64,000 nt of DNA from contig CAVTBR010000003.1 of the NCBI GenBank assembly GCA_963733055.1, positions 224,001-288,000 of the forward strand, given 5' to 3'. Under the pieces are notes generated by a model, which was not told the DNA's origin, did no database searches, and worked only from the letters and a program-made list of their open reading frames with translations. A program made the position numbers and the translations under genes. This DNA is from Candidatus Bathyarchaeota archaeon (lineage in GTDB: Archaea > Thermoproteota > Bathyarchaeia > 40CM-2-53-6). This document shows, one piece after another, positions 19,995 to 29,756 of this stretch; position 1 is the stretch's first letter, and each line of letters begins with the position of its first letter.

Positions 19995-20262
19995 GTGAAA
20001 CGTCTGCTTTCGGCTGCGAATATGTGAAACGTCCTACTTGGTTGGTTGAGAAGTTTTTTTATTATGAGTTTTGCTTCCTCTCAACTCTACGCCACTCGCA
20101 GTCCCGGGCCCGTTACGTCACAGCCAGATATCGCGGAGAGAGGTCGCTAAGGGCAGGTGAGTTTCCCGTCTCTGAGGCTGGCAGTCGCCGGCATTTCGCA
20201 CCTTATTTAAGCGTGAGCTAGTAGTTGCGCCCCGAGAATCTCGATCAATTGAGGAAGGGAAG

Positions 20263-21030
20263 TTGGTGCGGACGCTCACCATATTCGGATTGGAGAAGTT
20301 TGGATCAATTAGGCCTGGTGACAACGTTGCTCAACTAATCTTCGAGAAGACAAAGGAGGAAGGCATCTCCCTTTCGGACGGGGACTTGGTTGTCATCTCC
20401 CAGAAAATCGTCTCCAAGGCAAACGGACTCTTAGTCGACACGTCAGAAATCAAACCCGGGCAGAAAGCCAAAGCCTTGGCAAAGCGAACGAGGAAAGATC
20501 CCCGCGTCATTGAGCTGATACTTCAGGACTCAACAGCCGTTCTACGCGCCGACGCCCAAGCCTTTGTGGTTCGTAGAAAAGACGGGCTAGTTTGCTTGAA
20601 TGCGGGCGTAGACAAATCAAATGTGGAAGGTCGATTCATTTACAGTCGCTTGCCTCCAAACTCCGATGTTGCCGCAAGTGAAGTTCTAACCCGACTCGAA
20701 CGACTCTTCGGAAAACGGCTCGCCGTAATAATCGCCGACACATACAGCCGCCCCCTGCGCGTAGGGCAAGTGGAGTTCGCGATTGGGGTGGCGGGCATCG
20801 AACCGATCGTCGATTACCGAGGGCTTGAGGATATGTTCGGGTACAGTCTCAGGTACAAGTATGTTGCCATAGCGGACGAAGCCGCTGCGGCCGCTGAGCT
20901 CGTCATGGGACAAGGAACAGAACGCACCCCCGTAGCCATAATACGAGGACTTGACCGAATGAAACTGAGTACGGGCAGAAACCTATCAAAGAAACTTCTC
21001 CTAGGTAGAAGGCTCGACCTATTCCGTTAA
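20263..21030 (+). CDS. cofE: Coenzyme F420-0:L-glutamate ligase
   Basis: VVISQKIVSKA, NAGVDKSN, IIADTYSRPLRVG, ADEAAAAAELVMGQ..PVAIIRG. Confidence 0.92.
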   Translation: MVRTLTIFGLEKFGSIRPGDNVAQLIFEKTKEEGISLSDGDLVVISQKIVSKANGLLVDTSEIKPGQKAKALAKRTRKDPRVIELILQDSTAVLRADAQAFVVRRKDGLVCLNAGVDKSNVEGRFIYSRLPPNSDVAASEVLTRLERLFGKRLAVIIADTYSRPLRVGQVEFAIGVAGIEPIVDYRGLEDMFGYSLRYKYVAIADEAAAAAELVMGQGTERTPVAIIRGLDRMKLSTGRNLSKKLLLGRRLDLFR

Positions 21031-21148
21031 ATCCTATAGATTCAGCCGAATATCGATATTCATACAAGGCCTGTGGCTGCTTCCTCACGGAGTTGTCAGA
21101 AAGGCATTTATGGATTCACATGGAGCCCTTCACCAAGCGTGAGGCCTG

Positions 21149-21448
21149 ATGACTGCACCCACACCAGTGAACGAGCCCAATCCACCTGAAGTTCAACTGG
21201 GAGCTGATGACAAGTACCTAGTCGACATCTTCGCCCCACCCAAGGCCATACCAAGCCCCAAGGAATCCCTGGAGGCCATCAAGGGTGCGGTTAAGGGCAA
21301 GATGCTTGCGAAGATGAAGAAGGAAGCAGTGGATTGTCCAGTAAAGCTGAAGAAAGTCTCGTTCGTAGAATGTTTCACATGCCCGAACTTTAACCGTAGG
21401 GTTCGCGGAAAGGTGGGATGTAAGGGACTCCCTCTACCGACACCTTAG
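21149..21448 (+). CDS. Small basic Cys-containing hypothetical protein
   Basis: CPV...CFTC...C metal-binding-like C-terminus. Confidence 0.65.
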   Translation: MTAPTPVNEPNPPEVQLGADDKYLVDIFAPPKAIPSPKESLEAIKGAVKGKMLAKMKKEAVDCPVKLKKVSFVECFTCPNFNRRVRGKVGCKGLPLPTP

Positions 21449-21449
21449 G

Positions 21450-23015
21450 TTACCTCTTGCTCGAAACGCCCGCTATTCTCGCGACCACCGTAACGAGCGG
21501 ATGGAGTTTGGCGGGTGCGATATCTCGGATGAATTCGATGTCATCCCTCTGAAGAAGCCGTAGAACACGCAAGCATCCAAGGTACACCAAAGCGCCCACA
21601 GCAACGAAGACGGGCATCATTACCAGTTTCGTCAGGAACGTCTGGAACAGGGACAGCCCAAGGAACACAACGGCGCCCATCAGCATTGAACTCAGAGCAG
21701 CACAGACAAACGCCCTGACATCTAACTCAAAGTACCCACTTCTCAGGGCCGCGTAACCATAGACTAGGGCCGCGAGAATCATGAGGCTCGCGCGACCCAA
21801 TGCAGGCCCTGATAAACCAAGTACAGGCGTGGCCAGGTATGCGACAACGGCTAAACTAAGGAGCCCCAAGAGGTTGGCCCCCGTATACCACTTTAGCTCG
21901 CCCACAGCCAATAACACCGCTGCATACACCGCCCCCACCGCCGTTAAACCGGTCACTAGGGAAACTATCACTGAAGGCAGGAGACCGCTCACGTACGCAG
22001 GGCCAAAAATCCTGAGAAGAACACTGGTAATAGATGCAAAGCCTACGGCAACCGGAATAACAATGATCGACACATATCTGCTATAATGTCGCACCAAGTC
22101 CCTGATCTCCTTCACCTCATTCGCCGCATGCAGCGACGACAACGCAGGCAAGAGGACGGTCATCAATGCGTAGGGCGCGAAGCCTGAGAAACTGGCAGCA
22201 ACAATGGCTACGTTGTAAATCGCCAATTGTGGTAGGCCTTGTTGCGCGAGTGTGAATAATTTGTCTGCTTGATTTATCGCGTATCCAATTAGAGCACTCA
22301 CAAAAGTAATCGATGAATACTTCACGAACTCCGGCATCGAGAACTCTGCCTTCCCGCCTCGGGCCCCGAAAGTTCCGATCGACGTTCGGAAGGCTAGTGC
22401 GAGCAACACGGCGTCTCCTAAAATCCATCCCCCGAGAACCCCTGTGATGGAGTAGTAGTAGAGAAAAACAGAAGCCAGAAGATAACGAACCACGCTCCAC
22501 AATATGATGTAGATCGTAGCCTTCCGCATCTCGCCGACGGCAATGAGGGAGGCAATGCAAACTTGGCCCAGGGAGAGAAAGATCACATCAACTGCGGCCA
22601 GCTGGATAAACATCGGCAGAACACCAGCCCCACCCAACAGTGCCGCCACAACGTTTGGCAACAAGATGAACACGGCGCCAATGCCGAGAGCGATAACCGC
22701 GGCAATCCCGAGCGACAGGATGAATATTCTTGCAGCACCAGCACGCGCATTCCGCGCAATCAAGTCCGGAATGAATTTCAGAACGGCAAGCGGCGCCGGT
22801 ATCGGCGACTGCATCGTCACCGGCTGCGCAAAAATGCATATGGTGACAAGAAACCAGATCATTAGGTTCAAGGCCGTTACAATACCAACGCCCAATGTCG
22901 AGCGCAGAACGTTGGTCAAAATGAGAAAGTACAGTGTGTTGGCTACCAGAACAACGACATTTGCAATGTAGAGGGACGTCGCACCCCTAGCAACAGCTAC
23001 TCGTGAATGAGCCAT
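21450..23015 (-). CDS. Oligosaccharide flippase (Wzx/AglR, MOP superfamily)
   Basis: About 14 TMs; VARGAT.LY, NQADK, AIYNVA, LLPALS motifs. Confidence 0.85.
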   Translation of the reverse strand: MAHSRVAVARGATSLYIANVVVLVANTLYFLILTNVLRSTLGVGIVTALNLMIWFLVTICIFAQPVTMQSPIPAPLAVLKFIPDLIARNARAGAARIFILSLGIAAVIALGIGAVFILLPNVVAALLGGAGVLPMFIQLAAVDVIFLSLGQVCIASLIAVGEMRKATIYIILWSVVRYLLASVFLYYYSITGVLGGWILGDAVLLALAFRTSIGTFGARGGKAEFSMPEFVKYSSITFVSALIGYAINQADKLFTLAQQGLPQLAIYNVAIVAASFSGFAPYALMTVLLPALSSLHAANEVKEIRDLVRHYSRYVSIIVIPVAVGFASITSVLLRIFGPAYVSGLLPSVIVSLVTGLTAVGAVYAAVLLAVGELKWYTGANLLGLLSLAVVAYLATPVLGLSGPALGRASLMILAALVYGYAALRSGYFELDVRAFVCAALSSMLMGAVVFLGLSLFQTFLTKLVMMPVFVAVGALVYLGCLRVLRLLQRDDIEFIRDIAPAKLHPLVTVVARIAGVSSKR

Positions 23016-23202
23016 GCTCAGTTTCCTGCTTGCTGCAACCTAGCGCTTCGGATACCAGCCCTTCCCCTAATAAGCGGAATCCACCGCAGGCGTTCTCAAC
23101 ATTTTGATTGGTCGCGATTAGAGAAATCGTTCAACCCGCAGGCCGATGAAAGCCTTTTTACTTAAGGACCAGCCTGCCTGAAATTGACTGGGAGAATTCG
23201 GG

Positions 23203-23910
23203 TTGAAGGCGGCGATTCTTGCCGGTGGTGCTGGCACCCGTCTCTATCCTATCACGGCGTATGTTCCTAAATCCTTGATACCGATCGGTAGCCGCTATGT
23301 CATAGAACACATTCTGGAGTACTTGAAGCATTACGACGTTCTCGATATTGTGATGTTGATCTCCGAGAAGGAGTCGGACCTACTCCGGAATCACCTTGGC
23401 GACGGAAAGCGATTGGGAGTCAATATCGAATATTCCGTGGCTGAACGGATTGGGACCGCGGGCGCCCTGGTCGCCGCGTCGAATCTTCTCGGCGATAGGT
23501 TCCTCGTCTATTATGGTGACGTTCTGACTGATATGAATCTTGCAGATATGATACGATTTCACGAGGGCAAGAAAGCAACTTGCACGATTGCGATGAGTAC
23601 TTCGGTCCCGACGGAGTATGGCGTTGCAAGAGTCACGCCGGACGGAAGAGTAACTTACTTCGAAGAGAAGCCCATAATCAAAGAATACCCGGTGAGCATG
23701 GGAATACTCATCTGCGAAAGAGAAGTTCTACAATACTGTAAACCGAACACGGACATCTCACACGAAGTTGTTCCACAACTCCTTGCCTCAGGCAAACCCG
23801 TCTTCGCATATCTAACAAGCAAGAGACACTACGACATTGGAACCTTCAAGAACCTTGAAGAAGCACGAACCCTCGTGGAACACTCTAAGGGTTCCTTCCA
23901 ACTCGCATAG
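23203..23910 (+). CDS. Sugar-1-phosphate nucleotidyltransferase
   Basis: ILAGGAGTRLYPIT..PK, GTAGAL, YGD, FEEKP, DIGT. Confidence 0.9.
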   Translation: MKAAILAGGAGTRLYPITAYVPKSLIPIGSRYVIEHILEYLKHYDVLDIVMLISEKESDLLRNHLGDGKRLGVNIEYSVAERIGTAGALVAASNLLGDRFLVYYGDVLTDMNLADMIRFHEGKKATCTIAMSTSVPTEYGVARVTPDGRVTYFEEKPIIKEYPVSMGILICEREVLQYCKPNTDISHEVVPQLLASGKPVFAYLTSKRHYDIGTFKNLEEARTLVEHSKGSFQLA

Positions 23911-23989
23911 AGCCTGAGTTACTGTGCTTGAGGAACGACTAGGATCAGAGTGGGGCAAGGTTGGGCTATGCGCAGAAGAACTGTTATCG

Positions 23990-24735
23990 TCACATGAATC
24001 TTCCTGAAAGGAAAATGTCTGTAGATGATTTCGCCCATTTTGGATGTACAGGCCAAGATTTTAGACCACACTCACTAAACCATGCAGAGACCTCCCGCAC
24101 AGAATGCTCAGACGCAATTGGTGGACTAAAGGCATCGAAAATTCCGTCAACGGTTTGCAACGGCATTTTCCTGGCAATGAGTTTTGCAAGGCTAACACGG
24201 TGATCAAAGCTTACGCGATTAAAGATGAAGCGCAAAACATGCGTGCGCAACGCTCTCTTCCCGTAAACATAGACATGCAGGACTCCACTATCCTTCAAGA
24301 AAGGCGTAAGATTTCTTAACGCTGTTCCTGGATCACCGGTATGGTGTAATGCTCCCCAGCACCAAACAACATCAAAGAACTTCTGTGGATAGAGAGAGCT
24401 TAACGAGTCATGGTCTAGGAGGTTAGCTCTTTCAAAGTGCCCTCTTGGGACTGCAGTTCTAGCTGCGTTAACAGCACTGGGAGAAGTATCAAACCCGAAT
24501 ACCTCGCAACCAAGCCGATCGAAGCCATATGACCACCGACCAATACCACAAGCCGCGTCAAGCACTTTCTTGCCTTTCAGATCCAATTCCGAACATTCGA
24601 GTTCATCGAGAATGTAAGAGGGCACTTCGTTGCGTTTCCATGTGCGAGAACTATCTGACAGATGACCCCATTGGTATTCAAAAGACGCAATAGTTCTTGC
24701 TTGTTTGTTCGTTGCCTTTCACTCACTCGTTGCAT
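23990..24735 (-). CDS. Class I SAM-dependent methyltransferase; start anomalous
   Basis: VLDAACGIGRW, FDVVWCWGALHHT; the frame extends upstream (NKQARTIASFEYQW) with no ATG/GTG/TTG, so the start is either ACG at 24712 or ATG 24735/GTG plus an indel near 24717-24719. Confidence 0.8.
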
Positions 24736-24962
24736 GAGAATCTCGCCCCAACGGATATTTCTCCTTATTGGCACAGTTAGAATTCGCAATTCAAATGATT
24801 AAGCGCACCCTCTTTGAACCGACGGCAACCATGCAGTACTCTTGGCAAAGATGAGTCCTGACGATACCCCGTAGGAGCATACCCCCTCTGATGATTCCTT
24901 ACAAAACTATTTCCAGATTTCTGATGCGAATCATGCTTATAATTTGCTTGAGAATCCTTGTG

Positions 24963-24970
24963 GGAGGTGA
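24963..24970 (+). promoter_or_regulatory. Shine-Dalgarno site for the GT4 gene
   Basis: Perfect GGAGGTGA 9 nt upstream of ATG 24980. Confidence 0.8.
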
Positions 24971-24979
24971 TGATCAAAG

Positions 24980-26153
24980 ATGGGAATCAAAAATCTGCGC
25001 ATAGCCCATGTTTTCAATCTGGCGAAAGAGCCGACACGGCTCCGTTAATGATGGATATTCCGTTTGCAAGGGTTTGCGCAAACTTGGGGTTGACTCAGAC
25101 CTCATCATAGAGAGGCCCTCGCACGTAGCCAGCCTTCCGCAGTGGGAAGATGGCGAGGTTGACCTAAGCCGTCTTGGGGACCCGTATGACCCAAATTGGG
25201 ACGCATTTGAATGGCCCCAGCCAGACTGGATCCGAGTTTGGGATGACAGAAAGTTATGGTTCCCGTACTCCAGAACTCTTCGATGGTCGTCCCTCCTGCT
25301 TATGCTTCGAGACTACGACCTGATAATCGGGCACGCGCCCTTCGCAAAGACAGCCGGCCTGTACAGCAAGCTCTACCGCAAGCGCTACATTATCTTTGAG
25401 GCAGGGTGGATCAGATACCTTCCAATGAAATGGAGAGGATATGCCGCAGCTAGAAAGGGTTACCGCGACGCAGCGATGATCCTCTTCACTAACGTGGATA
25501 CAGAACCGATGCTCATCGAACAGGGCTACTCGAAGATTGCGTACACCCCCTTCGCTATAGACACAGACAAGTACACTCCTTCACAATCTCCCCCACCCGA
25601 TACGCCCACGTTCTTTCACCCGTCTCGCCAGGACTGGCCTGAGAAAGGAAATGACCGACTCTTGAGAGGCTTCGCAAAGTACGTTCAACGGAACCGAAGG
25701 GCGAAACTTGTCGCCGTGGAATGGTACCAGTCCCCAGAGGACCTGGGAAAAAGCAAGCAACTTGTCTCGGAACTCGGAATACAGGAAAACGTCACATGGG
25801 TGCCTGTGATGCCCAAGGGCAAACTGATAGAGTTCTATCAAAAGTCTACGGCCGTCTTCGACCAATTTCTTTTCGGAGCCTTTGGAACGACGACCCCAGA
25901 GGCCATGAGCTGCGGTAGGCCGGTGGTTGGTTACGTGGAGAACAAATATTGGCAGAAGTACCATGCGGAACCACCACCTGTACTAAACGCATCTTCAGCG
26001 GTCGAAATCTTTGATGCAATGGTGAAATTGGAAGACCAGCAACTGCAAGTCGATCAGGGAAGACGTGGACGGGAATGGATAATGCGGAATTGTGATTGCT
26101 CGCTCGTAGCGTCTCAGCAACTTGAGGTATACAAGAAAGTTCTCGAACAGTGA
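24980..26153 (+). CDS. Family 4 glycosyltransferase, join(24980..25026,25049..26153), 383 aa after splicing
   Basis: Spliced N-terminus MGIKNLRIAHVFNLANDGYSVCKGLRKLG fits a GT-B beta1/alpha1; HPSRQDWPEKGND and FGTTTPEAMSCGRPV motifs. Confidence 0.85.
25027..25048 (+). other. Putative 22-nt bulge-helix-bulge mRNA intron
   Basis: Central helix GGCG(25021-24)/CGUU(25043-46); bulges AA^A and AA^U; intron stem GAGCCG/CGGCUC; excision restores the frame and removes TAA. Confidence 0.75.
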
Positions 26154-26263
26154 CTAGCTCTCGTAGATGGAGTCCGTTGCAAGAACAAGGCTTAGGCAAA
26201 CAACTCATGCTAGAATCAGCGTAGATAATAATAGTCCCCACGAGTTCATCAGTCGCGATACTG

Positions 26264-26746
26264 ATGGTAAAGTTACGCTTTGTGGCTAGACTCTGGTTCT
26301 ACTTCAGGATGGGGTATTCAACATATCTTACCTTTCTCTTAGGATACGTCTCCACACTGATTACAGTCTATTACCTCGCTATCAAGAACATCCCTGCCCT
26401 GCTCGATATCTTCCCCAAGTTTGTCCCGTTTGCTCTGCTTTCAACTGTGATCGGTGTTCCATTTGCGATTGTAATAGGATGGTTGCATCTCAAAAGAAGT
26501 CTAGCTTACAGTTCCGAGATGGACATAGGAGTGGAGTCAAACCCGTATTACTACAAGTTCCCCCCAGGGTACACCTTAGAGGTGTGGGGCCCAGTCTATC
26601 TCGAACTGCTCCTACAGATGAAGAAGCTTCTAGCCGCGAACAAACTACTCAACGATGAAGAAAGAAAACGTATTGAAAACCTCGAGGAGAAACTACGAAT
26701 ATTAAATGAGGGAGGATACATCGGGCAACCGAGAAGACGTCTATAA
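26264..26746 (+). CDS. Conserved hypothetical membrane protein
   Basis: Two TMs, WFYFRMGYSTY, ESNPYYYK; resembles proteins I recall from TACK glycosylation loci. Confidence 0.75.
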   Translation: MVKLRFVARLWFYFRMGYSTYLTFLLGYVSTLITVYYLAIKNIPALLDIFPKFVPFALLSTVIGVPFAIVIGWLHLKRSLAYSSEMDIGVESNPYYYKFPPGYTLEVWGPVYLELLLQMKKLLAANKLLNDEERKRIENLEEKLRILNEGGYIGQPRRRL

Positions 26747-26868
26747 TCACCCACCTTTCTAGGAGACGGATAGCACATCTGCTGAGATGAACGAACCGTT
26801 AACAGAGTGTTTCTCACAACACCTCTCGACCATTTCCGTTTCGCCGGTGCGATGGGTTCGCAAAGAAA

Positions 26869-28638
26869 CTATAGGCTGTTCCATGTAGGAGATACGATGG
26901 GCGGCGAATCGTTGAAGTACAACCGAAGGAAGACTTCCAAAGCCAGGCAATCCCAAATCTTGTTGTATTCTGCGTTCAGATCCGGGGAGATACTCTTCGA
27001 AAGGACACCTCTAATCCAGTCTGGGTTGATTAGCCCCATGGAGACACAACTGCCCTTGGGTAGGTATTCTTCAGCATAGCTACGCAATTCCCTCTTGTAG
27101 ACTTCGAACGGGTTGGGCCCGAAGCCTTGTTTCTTTTTCTCGAACACTCTTTTGGGTAAGTCATTCGAGAGTGCATGCCGTAAGGAAGCTTTCCCCATTC
27201 CGTCCTTGAACTTGGAGGAGAAGGTCATTGAAAAGGCAAGACCTACCAACTCATTGTCTAGAAATGGCACCCTGGTCTCAACGCTGTGAGCCATACTTGT
27301 GGCATCGTCGACAGGAAGGAAATCATATGTCATCTTCGCGCCGAAATCTGCAAACAGAACCTGTTCCATATAAGGTAAAGAGTTGGAGAAGAAAGGCGTA
27401 AGGAATTCTTGAGAACGATGATGTATCCCTTCTGGAATGGACTGACCGTACACATCAGCCTGATCCGGTGGAACATCCCTCGCTTGCGTGCTCAAATACA
27501 ACTGAACTTTATCAGCAACGTTTACAGGCCGTTTGGAATCAAGCGCTCTATATCTGAAATCGTATCCCGCGAAGAGTTCGTCGCCTCCTAGGCCACTCAA
27601 AACCACCTTGACATACTTCCTTGCCAATTTAGCCAGATAGTAGGGGTAGAGGTTCCGTTTCGGGAAGTCCATGTGCCATATCATGTCCGGAAAAGCATCG
27701 AGCAGATTCTCTTTCACAACGGTTTCGTGATGGTTACAACCAAAGTAGTCGGCGATCGCCTTGGCATCCTGAACTTCATCAGTTTGCTCTCCAAATCCCA
27801 TGCAGAATGTGTTCAGCGGTTTGTCGGAGAATTTTGAAGCGAACGCAACCATTGACGCGCTGTCGATCCCTCCCGAAAGATAGACGCCCACAGGAACGTC
27901 ACTGATCATGTGACGCTCAACGCTGCGACTGAGTACGTTCTTCAGCTCACCATCGGGCAGGGTTTCGAGCTTGGGCTGGGGTTGTAAGGTCCAATACTCG
28001 GTTTCCCTAAGGCCCGAATCATCAAACACCGCGTAATGTCCTGGCAAGATCTTCTTAATCCCGGTAAACATGGTTGAGGAAAGTGGAACGTAGCGAAGTG
28101 AGAGGAAGTATGCAAGTGCGTCCTTGTCGAGCTCACGACGTACGCCGGGGTATTTGAGAAGCGACTTGATTTCTGAAGCGAAAACAAGTTGGCCGTTGAC
28201 GTGCGTGTAGTAGAGGGGTTTGATGCCTTGTCTATCCCGTGCGAGTATGAGTCGCTTGGTCTTGGAATCGTACATCGCCAGAGCAAACATTCCGTTGAAC
28301 ATCTCAAATGCTTTCAGTCCATACTCTTCGTAGGCGTGTATCGTCGTCTCTGTGTCTGAGTTGGTTGAGAACCTGTGCCCCTTTGCCTCGAGATCACGTC
28401 TTAGTTCTCTGAAATTGTAGATCTCACCATTGTACATGACTACGATCGTTTCGTCCTCGTTGTAGATTGGTTGTTTTCCCGTTTTCAAATCAATTATGCT
28501 TAGGCGGCACTGGCCGAGCATGATGTGATCGTCGACGTAGAACCCAAGATCGTCTGGCCCCCTGTGGCGCAAAATGTCGGTCATGTCGCGGAGTAGGGTT
28601 TGGTCTGGGACCCCAGTTGCGCCGCAGATTCCGCACAT
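26869..28638 (-). CDS. asnB: Asparagine synthase (glutamine-hydrolysing) family amidotransferase, paralog 1
   Basis: MCGI, HRGPDD, NGEIYN, LSGGIDS, SGLGGDELF, RVPFLD. Confidence 0.9.
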   Translation of the reverse strand: MCGICGATGVPDQTLLRDMTDILRHRGPDDLGFYVDDHIMLGQCRLSIIDLKTGKQPIYNEDETIVVMYNGEIYNFRELRRDLEAKGHRFSTNSDTETTIHAYEEYGLKAFEMFNGMFALAMYDSKTKRLILARDRQGIKPLYYTHVNGQLVFASEIKSLLKYPGVRRELDKDALAYFLSLRYVPLSSTMFTGIKKILPGHYAVFDDSGLRETEYWTLQPQPKLETLPDGELKNVLSRSVERHMISDVPVGVYLSGGIDSASMVAFASKFSDKPLNTFCMGFGEQTDEVQDAKAIADYFGCNHHETVVKENLLDAFPDMIWHMDFPKRNLYPYYLAKLARKYVKVVLSGLGGDELFAGYDFRYRALDSKRPVNVADKVQLYLSTQARDVPPDQADVYGQSIPEGIHHRSQEFLTPFFSNSLPYMEQVLFADFGAKMTYDFLPVDDATSMAHSVETRVPFLDNELVGLAFSMTFSSKFKDGMGKASLRHALSNDLPKRVFEKKKQGFGPNPFEVYKRELRSYAEEYLPKGSCVSMGLINPDWIRGVLSKSISPDLNAEYNKIWDCLALEVFLRLYFNDSPPIVSPTWNSL

Positions 28639-28710
28639 GTCCCTTCCAACGCAGAGAGTCGCCTTAATTCCTTATGGCATTTTCCTTGCGGTATGGACTG
28701 CTAACTGATC

Positions 28711-29637
28711 TCAGTTCTTCGACTTGTACCATTGAATGTACTCGGTCAAAGCAGAATCGAGAGGGTAGTGGATTTCGAAGTTGAAGGCCTGCTTCGCCTT
28801 ATCAATCCCCAAACACATTCGACGGAGATCGCCGACACTTGGCGGGCCATAGGTTGGGTGGACTGGTTTGTTAAGGCCTCGTCCCACTTTCTCTAGCAGG
28901 GTGTTGATTGATGTTTCAACTCCCGTGCCGAGATTGAATGTCTCGCCTTCTGCCTGTCTTGAGTTGAAAGCAGCCATTAGTCCTTGAGCCACGTCTTTCA
29001 CGTAAATCAAATCTCTCGTCTGTTCGCCGTCGCCGAAGACGGTTGGCTGCTTGGCTTTCATGAGTTGCTCTATGAAGGAAGCCACCACCGGCCGCCAGCC
29101 CAGTTTTTCATTTACTCTCTGTCTCGGTCCGTAGACTGTTGCAAGTCGGCACACGACCGTCTTTATCCCGTATTGCTTGCGATACGCCCGCATGTGAAGT
29201 TCTGATGAGTATTTGTTAACATCATATGGGGTTTTGCAGTTGATGGGATGTTTCTCGTCCATGGGCAGATATTCAGGATCGCCATAGATTCCAGAGTTCG
29301 ACGTGAACACCATTTTCGCATCAGTTTTACGTGCGAGCTCCAGCATGTTTAGGGTCGCGCGTACATTCACATCCACGTCGCGGGCTGGGTTGTTAAAGCT
29401 GAACGATCGGGGATGACATGCAAAATGAAAGATCCCGTCGACTGTCCGTTGCTTAGCGACGGCTGATTCTTTGGATATGTCGACGCGGAGTAACTTGATT
29501 TTTCTTCTGACTCCCCGGAGATTGGACAGTGAACCGTTGCTCAGGTCGTCTAGAACGCGAATCTCATGATCCCCTGAGTAAAGATCTGTGAAGTGAGAGC
29601 CAACGAATCCGGCTCCTCCCGTGACGAGTAGCTTCAA
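28711..29637 (-). CDS. NAD-dependent nucleotide-sugar epimerase/dehydratase
   Basis: TGGAGFVGS, YDVNK, VYGPRQ, GDGEQTRD. Confidence 0.9.
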   Translation of the reverse strand: MKLLVTGGAGFVGSHFTDLYSGDHEIRVLDDLSNGSLSNLRGVRRKIKLLRVDISKESAVAKQRTVDGIFHFACHPRSFSFNNPARDVDVNVRATLNMLELARKTDAKMVFTSNSGIYGDPEYLPMDEKHPINCKTPYDVNKYSSELHMRAYRKQYGIKTVVCRLATVYGPRQRVNEKLGWRPVVASFIEQLMKAKQPTVFGDGEQTRDLIYVKDVAQGLMAAFNSRQAEGETFNLGTGVETSINTLLEKVGRGLNKPVHPTYGPPSVGDLRRMCLGIDKAKQAFNFEIHYPLDSALTEYIQWYKSKN

Positions 29638-29756
29638 GTGTTCTCAGCTCGAATCCGGTATCTAAGTCGCCCAATATAATTGGTTCTCGGACGATTTTGG
29701 AGTAAGGGCCTCCTTGCACTCCTAATTGGTGCGACAATGTACACCGATATGATGTG

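Noticed and set aside
20135-20177. Glycine riboswitch resemblance (GGAGA...AAGG.CA...CTCT.AGG)
   Set aside because: Core CCGAAG and CUCAGG motifs do not match and neighbouring genes are unrelated to glycine
24995-24999. CTGCG in the GT4 N-terminus as an alternative explanation for its frameshift
   Set aside because: Deleting that T gives AAT CGC GCA TAG, an immediate stop, so it cannot restore the gene
25008-25049. ORF-track start MFSIWRKSRHGSV for the GT4
   Set aside because: Lacks an SD and the beta1 strand; ATG 24980 has a perfect SD and a GT-like LRIAHV
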